From Myxococcota bacterium (GTDB lineage Bacteria > Myxococcota_A > UBA796 > GCA-2862545): a stretch of 64,000 nucleotides of DNA. A model generated the notes under the pieces. The model searched no databases, was not told the DNA's origin, and saw only the letters and a program-made list of their open reading frames with translations. Positions 30,313 to 39,060 of this stretch are shown here, piece after piece (the stretch's first letter is position 1; every line of letters starts with the position of its first letter). The translations under genes and the position numbers were made by a program. Location of the stretch: the NCBI GenBank assembly GCA_039208735.1, contig JBCCQY010000027.1, positions 10,915-74,914 of the forward strand. Reading direction: 5' to 3'.

Positions 30313-31401
30313 TCACCGCGTGCGCGCGACGACATACGCCGTCAATCCAGCGAGGAAGTCCCAATGCACGGATGTCGTCGCTGGGACACGATGCAACGAG
30401 GACGTCGCGGAGTCAAAGGCACGACGAGCCCGAATCGCACGCAATCGAGCCTGTTCTTTGGCGTAAGAGATGCTTCCCGCTTCGCGGATGCGATTGTGAA
30501 GCCAGTGAATCTGGTCCCAGTGTTGCTTCGAGTGGTCACGGTTGGGATCCTCCGGCCGGGGCGCCGTGAGGATCGACAATGCTTGGTCTCGCTCCGACGG
30601 GGTTGCATGGCGGAGAAAATGCAACACGATGAGGGTGCGCTTCCCCTCCCATAAGTCGCCTGCAATCTCTTTTCCGTAGCTGGCTGCCGTGCCTTCGAGG
30701 TTGAGGACATCGTCGGTGATCTGAAACGCAGCCCCCATCAAGGTAGCCCACCTTAAAAGTGAGGAAAGGCGTTGCTCTGGCACGCCGGCCAGGATCCCCC
30801 CCACCCGAATGGGAGTGAGGAAGGTGTACCAAGTCGTTTTCCGATGGACCATGCGTAGATAGTCGCGAGCCGAGAGCTGCCATTGTCCGCGTCGAATCCA
30901 GCCAAGCTCGATGGCTTGCCCCTCCGCCGACCGCCGCGACATCTCAGCGATGGCGCTCAAGACTCGCAACGCTGGCCCCAACCCGACGAGAGCGGTGTTG
31001 TCGAGGAGTGGACCGAGGCACAACCCAAGCATTGCATCGCCCGTGTTGATCGCCAGCGGCACGCCAGCCACACGGTGGAGCGTTGGCGCATCACGGCGGG
31101 CCCAGCTGCCATCCTCAATGTCGTCGTGGATCAGAAACGCGTTGTGGTAAAGCTCAAGGACCGCTGCAGTGGGAAGCACCGCCTCAGACCGGCCTCCAAG
31201 TGCACGGCAGACCGCGTAGGCTAACGCAGGTCGTAGCATCTTCGCTTCGCGAAACGGGTACTCGCGAACCAGATCGTAGAGGTCTGCGTCGAACGGGGTG
31301 TTGTTGGGCACGATGCGCTCTATCTCCGCGAGGACTTTTCTTCGCACCTCGAGAAGATAGTCTTGAACGTCTTTTTCGGAGAGAGGGGGCGAGCTTGACA
31401 T
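30313..31401 (-). CDS. trans-polyprenyl diphosphate synthase (GGPP synthase-like)
   Basis: KMLRPAL, FARM ELYHNAFLIHDDIED...RR, GQAIEL, KTTWYT, SARM variant FQITDDVLN, GKEIAGDLWEGKRT. Confidence 0.92.
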   Translation of the reverse strand: MSSSPPLSEKDVQDYLLEVRRKVLAEIERIVPNNTPFDADLYDLVREYPFREAKMLRPALAYAVCRALGGRSEAVLPTAAVLELYHNAFLIHDDIEDGSWARRDAPTLHRVAGVPLAINTGDAMLGLCLGPLLDNTALVGLGPALRVLSAIAEMSRRSAEGQAIELGWIRRGQWQLSARDYLRMVHRKTTWYTFLTPIRVGGILAGVPEQRLSSLLRWATLMGAAFQITDDVLNLEGTAASYGKEIAGDLWEGKRTLIVLHFLRHATPSERDQALSILTAPRPEDPNRDHSKQHWDQIHWLHNRIREAGSISYAKEQARLRAIRARRAFDSATSSLHRVPATTSVHWDFLAGLTAYVVARTR

Positions 31402-31616
31402 CTCAGGATTCCGACCGAACCTAACGTCCAGTTGAGAGCGTATTGTTGCCGCTTGCGACCGCCCCGCCCATCCCCCAACTGGGGGATGGACTGGATGTCT
31501 ACGCTCCCCACTTCCGGATCGACCGAAGCCCGATGTCCTCCCGAGGTCAGGGGATATCCCCGATTCCGAAGAGCCTGCACGCTTGTGGAGTCCGACCTCG
31601 ATGGGTTGGCAGGAGG

Positions 31617-31970
31617 ATGGCATTGCCGGATGTTCGGCTTCGGGTCTCGGTTCGCCCTGAAGGACCAACGCAGTGGCTGCTTCAGTGCACATTTAACGGT
31701 GGTGAGGTGCTCCCGTACCAGCCCTTCAAAGATTCCCTCATTGGCGAGGTTGATCCTTTGTTTGTGGGGGTTGGCCCCGCTTCGGTGGTGACCGTCGTTC
31801 GCCCCGCGGTCGGGGGCTCGGTCGTTCGCGTTCACAGCAGCACGCAAGGCGGCCCCTGGAGGCTCATCGGCGAAGAGGTGGGCGGACCGAACCAAGATGT
31901 CAGGATTGAAGGGAACTACGTGCCGGAAGCAAGTGACGATGATCCTCTAGACCCGTGGGGTGTCGCGTGA
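31617..31970 (+). CDS. hypothetical protein
   Basis: Purine-rich stretch before ATG; GTGA overlap with the next gene. Confidence 0.45.
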   Translation: MALPDVRLRVSVRPEGPTQWLLQCTFNGGEVLPYQPFKDSLIGEVDPLFVGVGPASVVTVVRPAVGGSVVRVHSSTQGGPWRLIGEEVGGPNQDVRIEGNYVPEASDDDPLDPWGVA

Positions 31971-33196
31971 TCGCCCTATGCTTCGTGACGATCACACTCG
32001 CCTCCGAACCCAGACAAGCCATGTCGTCGGCCCACTCCGGAACCCTTCCTACGACCACCAACACGAGTCTGGCTCCCGTTATCACTGACCTTTTGTCGGC
32101 TACCATTGGGGCCTCAGAAGCCGGCTCCACGGTCACCGCAACTGCGGCACTTCATCCCTACTTCAAACGGTATGTGGGAGATCTCCGAGTCGGGGTACGG
32201 AGCGACCCCGACTCGTTCACCGTGTTCGGAGCCTATGGCTTCCACAGTGCTTCTAGGGACGTGGAACCAGCCCGTGCGTCCGAGGAATGCTCGGCGCAGG
32301 CGCTCCTATCGGGGGACGCCAAGCAGCTTAGGAGCAGGCTTGAGCAATTCGATGCGCATCCCGAGTGGCTCTCAACCCCAACCCTCGGTCTACCTCCCCT
32401 CACAGATTCGGCGACGGAACGATTTCTCTGGCACATCAACAGTGCAGCAATCGTGTTGGGGAATAGCGCCGACGAGATAACGGATCCGGACGTTCGGGGG
32501 GAAGTGGAGCGACTCCTCCGAGAGCTGGCCTTGGCCCAAAAGAGCCTCAATTCGAAGCGCACCAATTGTCTGTCGATGAACCTCGATCGCTCCGTGGGCC
32601 GGGCACGCACGCTGCAGCTCACCAGTTCTGTCACAGTCTTTCCGCTACTCCGAGAACCACCAGTGGCATCGGACACGATGGACGGAACCTTCACCGACCC
32701 TACCAAGTCTCTGCTAAAGGACTACTCCATCGGATTGCAAGGTGGGTTCTTTCCTGGCCCTAAACTCGGGATCTGGCCGACCGCTTCCCTGTCGCGACGC
32801 CGACCGGACGCAGCCCAGGACACCCCCCTAGATACCCGACTCGGTGGATCACTGACTGTCTCCGTCGCCCTTACCAACTGGACGTTGAACAAAGAACGGT
32901 TCCGTCCCATCGTCGCGTTGGGGGCCACGGCGGAGCGCACCTGGTGCCTTGAACGCCCCTGTCTTCAGGCTATCCGTCCTACCTTCGCAAAGGGCACTCC
33001 GGTGGATCACGTTTCGGCGATCACGCCGTTTTGCGACGTGCGCATTTCGCAGAAGGTCCAGTTTGGTCTTGCCGTGCCGCTGCAGTGGTTTGGAACGTCG
33101 GAGGCCCCCGCGATGACCGATCCCAACACCGAAACGGACGTCATCTTTCGAACCCTGCCGTTGGTCCGTATGTCTTTGCAGACATGGTCCCTGTAG
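31967..33196 (+). CDS. hypothetical secreted protein, beta-rich C-terminus
   Basis: Long ORF; hydrophobic N-terminus; paired Cys; amphipathic strands at C-terminus. Confidence 0.6.
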   Translation: MIALCFVTITLASEPRQAMSSAHSGTLPTTTNTSLAPVITDLLSATIGASEAGSTVTATAALHPYFKRYVGDLRVGVRSDPDSFTVFGAYGFHSASRDVEPARASEECSAQALLSGDAKQLRSRLEQFDAHPEWLSTPTLGLPPLTDSATERFLWHINSAAIVLGNSADEITDPDVRGEVERLLRELALAQKSLNSKRTNCLSMNLDRSVGRARTLQLTSSVTVFPLLREPPVASDTMDGTFTDPTKSLLKDYSIGLQGGFFPGPKLGIWPTASLSRRRPDAAQDTPLDTRLGGSLTVSVALTNWTLNKERFRPIVALGATAERTWCLERPCLQAIRPTFAKGTPVDHVSAITPFCDVRISQKVQFGLAVPLQWFGTSEAPAMTDPNTETDVIFRTLPLVRMSLQTWSL

Positions 33197-33343
33197 GCCG
33201 GACCTAAGCCCTGCGGTCAGCCGCCGAGGTGATCCAAGCGCTCGGCTGTCAGCACCAGCACCGAGCGAAACCACCGATCTTCGGCCGACTTGTCGACTGG
33301 GGGAGCCACGCCAACATCATCGTGTAGTCCTCAAGAGGTACAC

Positions 33344-33613
33344 GCCCGACTCTCCAACGGTGCGCTGCTCGTAGCGGGTAAGACGTGGACCGGTTTCGCC
33401 GACTCCGAAGAGCAGTACGCGGACGACTTCGTCGGCCAAAAGATTCAGCCCTTCTGGATCGAAACTGAGGCCCGCAAGCTCGAAGGGACCAATTTTGTCG
33501 TCGACCAGATGTTTCGCCCGTTTGCGATGCGCGACGGCAACCTGATCACGGGGCAGCAGCAGTACTCCGGTGCCGAGGCCGCGAAGCTCGTCATCGAGGC
33601 CGTTGGACGCTGA
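33344..33613 (+). pseudogene. 5'-truncated DJ-1/PfpI (type 1 glutamine amidotransferase-like) gene
   Basis: Only C-terminal LVAGKTWTGFADSEE...PFWIE...RDGNLITGQQQYSG is present; catalytic N-terminal half absent. Start coordinate approximate. Confidence 0.8.
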
Positions 33614-33693
33614 GGAGAAGCCGATGACCCCAGAGGACGTCAATGACGATCGTCGCACGATGTTCCTTTGCACCCTCTTTAGGAGAGAACACG

Positions 33694-34314
33694 ATGGAGA
33701 TCGCCGTTATTGGAGCCGGTCGCGTCGGTAGCACACTCGGAGCGCGTCTTGCTTTCGCGGGGCATCAGGTGCACTACGCCCGTCGAAACCCGTCGGAACC
33801 CGCGCCGGACCCGCTGCGCCACGAAAGGTCAACCACCGGGTCGGCTCGCGATGTCGTCGGCCGCTCGGAAGCAGTGCTGTTGGCGACGCCGTGGGCCAAG
33901 ACGGAGGAAGCTCTTGCCTCCGTCGGGGACTTTGGTGGCCGACCGCTTCTCGACGCGACCAATCCCATCGGTCCTGGCTTTGCGCTGACCCATGGCCACG
34001 ACGATTCGGGCGCGGAGCAAGTTCAGCGTTGGGCGCCCACCTCCCGCGTCGCCAAGGTGTTCAACACCACGGGCCTCGAGAACATGGCGAACCCTCAGTA
34101 TGCGTTCGGTCGGGCCGTCATGCTCGCGTGTGGGGACGACGACGACGTTCGGGAGTTAGCCGTGCGCCTTGCGAAGGACGTGGGATTCGACGCCAAGCCC
34201 TTCGGACCGCTCGCCAGCGCTCGACTTCTCGAACCCATGGCATTGGTCTGGATCAAGCTGGCGATGAGCTATGGAATGGGCCGAGAATTCGCGTTTGGAA
34301 TGCTCCACCGATGA
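33694..34314 (+). CDS. NADPH-dependent F420 reductase-like dinucleotide-binding oxidoreductase
   Basis: IGAGRVG, LATPW, DATNP, SGAE, KVFNT, CGDD, LEP; AGGAG RBS. Confidence 0.88.
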   Translation: MEIAVIGAGRVGSTLGARLAFAGHQVHYARRNPSEPAPDPLRHERSTTGSARDVVGRSEAVLLATPWAKTEEALASVGDFGGRPLLDATNPIGPGFALTHGHDDSGAEQVQRWAPTSRVAKVFNTTGLENMANPQYAFGRAVMLACGDDDDVRELAVRLAKDVGFDAKPFGPLASARLLEPMALVWIKLAMSYGMGREFAFGMLHR

Positions 34315-34403
34315 CGATTGCATCGAGAGGCTTGTCGGGGGCCCGCGCTCTCGCGTGAAACGGTAAGGCCGCTCGACGAACCACTTCCGTGGAGGGCGAG
34401 CGA

Positions 34404-34820
34404 ATGACGTGGCTGGTGGCAAGTGCGTTGGCGAACACGGGATCGATGGCGGTACCGGTGCCTGGTTCGATCTCGCAGGAGGGCGTTCAGGTCACCGCCT
34501 TTCGACGTGGTGAAACCGTAGTCTTCGAAGTCGACGTGCCCTGTGGAATGCACGTCTACGGTCGCAAGGAGAAGCTCGGCCTTCCCCTCGCCGTGATCGT
34601 TGATGGCAAGAAGGTCCGGGCCACGGTTCCGCCTGGCGAACGCACCGTGACCCACCCCGAGCTGCCGCCCTCCTACTGGCTCGAAGGCCTCGTGACCCTC
34701 GAAGCTCGCACCGAGGCGCACGCCGGAGAGTTGCGGGTGCAGGCTTGCACGGACGACACCTGCTACCCACCCGAACGGTTGCCTTGGTCGGTGTCGCTCC
34801 CCGAGTCGCCTGCGAAGTGA
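34404..34820 (+). CDS. DsbD N-terminal-like domain protein
   Basis: GMHVYG and QACTDDTCYPP motifs. Confidence 0.7.
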   Translation: MTWLVASALANTGSMAVPVPGSISQEGVQVTAFRRGETVVFEVDVPCGMHVYGRKEKLGLPLAVIVDGKKVRATVPPGERTVTHPELPPSYWLEGLVTLEARTEAHAGELRVQACTDDTCYPPERLPWSVSLPESPAK

Positions 34821-34940
34821 CGACAATGGAGTTCGTGGGCCGCTGAACCGCCTCATACGTACCCGGTGGCGCCCCCTTTGTAATCGACCTCGACGAAACC
34901 TGTGCAAGCAGATAGCAGACCCGCGACATCGTGATGAAGA

Positions 34941-35082
34941 GGCATCAGGAGTACGGGAAGCCGGTGAGAGTCCGGCGCGGTCCCGCCACCGTGTTCGGCC
35001 TGCGCCTCCCTCAATACGCCACTGCGAAAGCGGGAAGGCGAGGGAGGAGATGAGCCGTCAGCCGGGAGACCGACCTGGTGCC
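34941..35082 (+). ncRNA. cobalamin riboswitch
   Basis: GGGAAGCCGGTGAGAGTCCGGCGCGGTCCCGCCACCGTG; GCCACTG...GGGAAGGC; B12 box AGCCGGGAGACC; P1 GGCATCAGG/CCTGGTGCC. Confidence 0.92.
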
Positions 35083-35183
35083 ACCCTTGCGACGTCCCCG
35101 GGTCAGGGACGATGGGTAGGTGCATGCGGAATTCGCCGCGTGATGTAGCCACTCTCGACCGGGATGAACGGATAGGAGAGAGT

Positions 35184-35744
35184 ATGCTTCATCGGGCCTT
35201 CTTCCTCGGCGCCATCCTTGCCGCGTGCGCCGATGGTTCCGACGACAAGATGAACACCGGCGATACCGCGGCGGATGCCGATGCGGACACCGACGCCGAT
35301 ACGGACGCCGACACCGACGCGGATACGGATGCCGACACCGACGCGGATACGGACGCCGACACCGACGCAGATACCGACGCAGATGTGCTGGATATCGCCG
35401 GGACTTATATGTCGAACTTCGGCGCGACCTTCCAGATCTCCGAGATGGAGGTCTCGGTGGACTACGGAACGCCGGACATCTACGCGGTGGCGAGTTTCGA
35501 CAATGCCGCCGGTGTCATCATCGCACAGAACGCAACGATGAACGCCTATAATGGTGATTTATGGTCGCGATTCGAATATGTGGTTGACGGGAAAACCGTG
35601 TTTTGGTGCCAGCAGGCATTCGCCGCGGAGACCCAGCTCGACGCCGAGAACGCCGAGCCCGCCAACCGCGATGATCCGTCGATGGGCGGCTGTGGCGTTC
35701 CCGTGAACAACTTCCCCTATACGGTACTCACGCCCCCGAAGTGA
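35184..35744 (+). CDS. lipoprotein with DTDA linker, downstream of cobalamin riboswitch
   Basis: AGGAG RBS; LAAC lipobox; ~120-aa domain AQN...N...WSRFEY...WCQ...GGCG. Confidence 0.85.
   Translation: MLHRAFFLGAILAACADGSDDKMNTGDTAADADADTDADTDADTDADTDADTDADTDADTDADTDADVLDIAGTYMSNFGATFQISEMEVSVDYGTPDIYAVASFDNAAGVIIAQNATMNAYNGDLWSRFEYVVDGKTVFWCQQAFAAETQLDAENAEPANRDDPSMGGCGVPVNNFPYTVLTPPK
35274..35384 (+). repeat. coding 12-bp tandem repeat (about 8 x DTDA)
   Basis: GAYACSGAYGCN units. Confidence 0.9.
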
Positions 35745-35784
35745 CCTAGGACACGGCGGGCTTCGTCGCTCCGCGCCGGCGGGC

Positions 35785-36852
35785 TCACGCGGGATCCCGC
35801 ACGGCAAGGTCGTAGGGCGCGAACGTGCCCCTGAACCAGTCATCCGGCGGCGGTAGGGGGCCGCAATCCGATCGGGATAACGGTACCAATCCCCCGGCGG
35901 TGGACGGGTCCTCCCAGCCTCGGCGGGCGGCGATCCACACGGTGTCGTCCAGCACCGCGATGTTCGAAAGGAACACCGAGATGGGCTCAGTCTGGCCCAC
36001 CAGGGGGCCGTCCCACGCCTCCAGGCACCTGACCGTGTGCTCTGAACAAAACAGGCAGGGTCGGGTGATCACGTAGGTCGATCCATCGTTGGCTACCGTC
36101 AGCGCGCCGATGGTGTCGTCGAGCCCATCGGGACGAACCGGGCCCGAGACCCTGCCGTCCGCCTGCACGCGCCACAGGCCGTCTTCGCATGCCGCGACCG
36201 CGCCGCCGTCCGGGTGCGCCTCCAGCACCGGGTTCGGCCCTACCGGCAGCATGCGGACCACCGAGAGTTCCACTGGGTCGATCACCGCCACCCGCCCCTG
36301 TGGGTCGGCGGTCCAGTTGTTGTCTCGGTCGAGGCGCTGGAGCCCCACGAGCACGAGGTCGCCCTCCGCCACCGCGCTCGACATCTCCGGGATGCCGTCG
36401 ATGTCGGCTTCACCAGCGAGATCGACCACACCGAGCAGATCGCCCGTGTTGGGGTCGAGCACCCACGCCTCGGTCTCTTCGTACCGGGTGACCAGCCAGC
36501 GCCCCGCCGCGGCGGCGACGGCGTGTGGGTTGGAGCCGCGTTCCGTGGACACCTCCCAGGTGGGGGCGCCGCCGAGCACATCGTATCGACGGATTGTGTC
36601 CATCCCCAGGCGATTGATGGCCACCACGACGGGGCCAACCGTGTCCACGACGGCATCGCCATGCAGCGATGTGACATCGACGGGCGAGCCACCCCCATCG
36701 GGGACCACGGCCAGCCCCCCTGCGCTGTAGTCGTCGGAGGCGGTCACGGTGACCAGCCGCGCGTCGTTCGGGATGGCCATCGGTTCGGGGTCGGTCGTCG
36801 TACAGGAGATGGACAGCGCCGCGAGCCCGGCGAGGCGGTGAGCATGCGTCAT
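35785..36852 (-). CDS. beta-propeller (YncE-like) lipoprotein associated with TonB receptor
   Basis: SISC lipobox; INR, SNPH, DGIPEM, LQRLD, VAVID; ATGA overlap with receptor. Confidence 0.75.
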   Translation of the reverse strand: MTHAHRLAGLAALSISCTTTDPEPMAIPNDARLVTVTASDDYSAGGLAVVPDGGGSPVDVTSLHGDAVVDTVGPVVVAINRLGMDTIRRYDVLGGAPTWEVSTERGSNPHAVAAAAGRWLVTRYEETEAWVLDPNTGDLLGVVDLAGEADIDGIPEMSSAVAEGDLVLVGLQRLDRDNNWTADPQGRVAVIDPVELSVVRMLPVGPNPVLEAHPDGGAVAACEDGLWRVQADGRVSGPVRPDGLDDTIGALTVANDGSTYVITRPCLFCSEHTVRCLEAWDGPLVGQTEPISVFLSNIAVLDDTVWIAARRGWEDPSTAGGLVPLSRSDCGPLPPPDDWFRGTFAPYDLAVRDPA

Positions 36853-38828
36853 GGGGTCTCCAAAGGAGGGTGGAACCGTAAAGAAAGCCAGCCCGTGCGC
36901 CCAGGCAGCGGGTAGCCGACGAAATCGGTGATGGGGGCGGGGATCGACGTGTCCTCCGCGCCGAGCGGGTCCCGATCGACGGGGCCCGTCCGGACGTTCA
37001 ACAGGTTGTCGAGGTCCACCGACAGCGTGAACCAGCCGGATGGCTCGGTCCAGGACAGCGAAGCCCCAAGCAAGGTCCGTTGCGGCTGAGCCACGATGCC
37101 CTGGGGGTCGACGGGGACCGCCGAGGTGTGATCGATGTCGAGGCCGGCTTCAAGCCCGAGTCCCGGCCGTCCCCAGATCCGGCCCCACAGCCGCGCTGGT
37201 GCGACGAACGGGACCGGGCGCCCTGCACGGGTCGGATCGTCGGTGGTCTGGATCGCATGGGTGAGGGAGCCGCTAGCCCGAATGCCGATCCGTTCGTCAT
37301 AGGACAGGGCGGCTCCGAGATCGCCACCGACCGTGCGCGTGCGCCCGAAGTTGACGGCGACCAAGGTGCGCTGGGTGTTCTGCAGCCACCCGATCGCATC
37401 GCGCGCAACCACCGCGTAGGCCGCGAGTTCGGTGGCCAGTGCAAGGTCTCCGGCTCGGCTCACCCGCACCCCCAGCTCCGTTTTCCAGGCGCGCTCGGGG
37501 AGCAGGTTCGGATTTCCGATGAGTGCCCCGCGATCGCCATACAGCTCGGTCAGGTCGGGGGGACGAAAGCCTGCCCCGCCCGAGGCCCAGACGGCGATGG
37601 CGGGGCTTGGTTGGAACCGTAGAACGGTCCCGGGTAGCACAGCGCCGGTGGACTCGGGTTCCGGATCGACGCTCATCAGGCCGCGGACGTCGAGGCCAGG
37701 AATGATCTGCAGCGTGTCGCCCAAGTGGATCGGCAAATCCACGGCGGCACCGAGCCCGTAGCGCGACGCGGTGAGCGCTGGCGATGCCTCGTCCCCATCC
37801 CGACGATCGAAGCCCTCCCGCCGTACGTCCACCGACCCGCGGAGGGCGGTGGCGGTAAACAGGGCCCCCTGGCCCCAAAGGCGCGCGCCCACCGTGCCCG
37901 TGCGGAAACGCTGGACGCCCGGAACGCGCGGGAGGGACTGATCGGGGTCGCTCAAGCGTTCGGTGCGCCCAAGGAACCACAGGCCGCCTCCGATCCGACT
38001 CGCGCCCACGACCCCCTCACCGTCGACTCCCGCGAGGCCTCGCCAGGTGGTGAGGCGGGCGCCGGGCAGAGGCAGACCGATCGGACCGGGCAGTCCCTCC
38101 TCGCGACCCGCTACCGAAGCCAGCAGGGTTGCGCGTTTGAGGTCGTCACCAATCCGCACCCGGAGCAGACCCGCGCCCTGGCGCCGGTCGTTGTTCTCGC
38201 GGAGGCGTGTCTCGTCGTCGCCCACGTCGTACCGGGTGCCTCCGTCGTCGGGGAAGCTGAAGTCCCCTGCGGTGTCGAGCACGTCGCCTGCGACAAGAAG
38301 GTCGCCGGGCACCGACCCGCCCCACGGAAGGCTGCCCGCCAAAGACCCGCGGGTCGAGTCGAAGCTGCCACGAGCCACCTCGCCTTGAACGAAGCGGGCG
38401 CCAGAGCGAGTGATCAGGTCCACCACTCCGCCGATCGGGGCCGCGCCGACGGTCGCCGGGGGCCGTCCCGGGGTCACCAAAATGGACGCAAGCCCGGCCA
38501 GGGGCCAGCGGGAGAGGTCCACCGCTTCGACGCCGTCCGGGTTCAGCGGGATCCCATCAAGGCGGACGAGCGACTGGCGAAACGCCGTCCCCCGCAAGCT
38601 CACGCCGGCAAACGCGCCGAGGCCGCCGAGACGACGCACCCGCACGCCGGGAACCGTCGCAAGCACGTCCTCAAGCCCATCGGCCGGTCGAGCGACGTCG
38701 TCCACCCGGACTTCCGTGGTGCCCGGCGGGGGGCCGGAGTCGCGTTTGGCGGTGACCGTGATCTGCACCGGCTCCTCGGCCGACGCGGTGACGGCGTAGG
38801 TCGCGAGCCACAGCCCGCCCAAGCTCAC
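36849..38828 (-). CDS. TonB-dependent receptor, probable cobalamin transporter (BtuB-like)
   Basis: ITVTA TonB box; plug LATVPGVRVRRLGG...SLRG...LDGIPLN...GGVVDLIT; FRPPDLTELYG...GNPNLLPE; YPLPGRT. Confidence 0.88.
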   Translation of the reverse strand: MSLGGLWLATYAVTASAEEPVQITVTAKRDSGPPPGTTEVRVDDVARPADGLEDVLATVPGVRVRRLGGLGAFAGVSLRGTAFRQSLVRLDGIPLNPDGVEAVDLSRWPLAGLASILVTPGRPPATVGAAPIGGVVDLITRSGARFVQGEVARGSFDSTRGSLAGSLPWGGSVPGDLLVAGDVLDTAGDFSFPDDGGTRYDVGDDETRLRENNDRRQGAGLLRVRIGDDLKRATLLASVAGREEGLPGPIGLPLPGARLTTWRGLAGVDGEGVVGASRIGGGLWFLGRTERLSDPDQSLPRVPGVQRFRTGTVGARLWGQGALFTATALRGSVDVRREGFDRRDGDEASPALTASRYGLGAAVDLPIHLGDTLQIIPGLDVRGLMSVDPEPESTGAVLPGTVLRFQPSPAIAVWASGGAGFRPPDLTELYGDRGALIGNPNLLPERAWKTELGVRVSRAGDLALATELAAYAVVARDAIGWLQNTQRTLVAVNFGRTRTVGGDLGAALSYDERIGIRASGSLTHAIQTTDDPTRAGRPVPFVAPARLWGRIWGRPGLGLEAGLDIDHTSAVPVDPQGIVAQPQRTLLGASLSWTEPSGWFTLSVDLDNLLNVRTGPVDRDPLGAEDTSIPAPITDFVGYPLPGRTGWLSLRFHPPLETP

Positions 38829-38893
38829 AGGCCAGCCGGGTTTTTGGCATCGGGGGTGCACGCAGCGAGCAGGGCGACGGTGAGCAAACGCAT
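38825..38893 (-). other. 22-codon lipoprotein-signal ORF (micro-lipoprotein or deletion relic)
   Basis: MRLLTVALLAACTPDAKNPAGL*, GAGG RBS, GTGA overlap with receptor start. Confidence 0.5.
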
Positions 38894-39060
38894 GAGACCT
38901 CGAGGGTGAACCCTCTCCATGACGGACCGCGCCGACCATGTCAGCCGTAGGTGGCGGCGTCGGAGAAGGAGTACCGTGTGGGGCTTGGAACCGCTACGAT
39001 AGCCCCCGTGAGCCAGCTGGTCGACGGTCGCCAGTTTGTGCCTCTTGAGGAATTTGCTTG

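Noticed and set aside
24939..31401. Canonical carotenoid or hopanoid cluster
   Set aside because: No crtB/hpnCD, crtI, crtY or shc present, so no gene symbols were assigned.
35274..35384. Tandem repeat as a CRISPR array
   Set aside because: 12-bp in-frame units with synonymous variation, no spacers and no cas genes.
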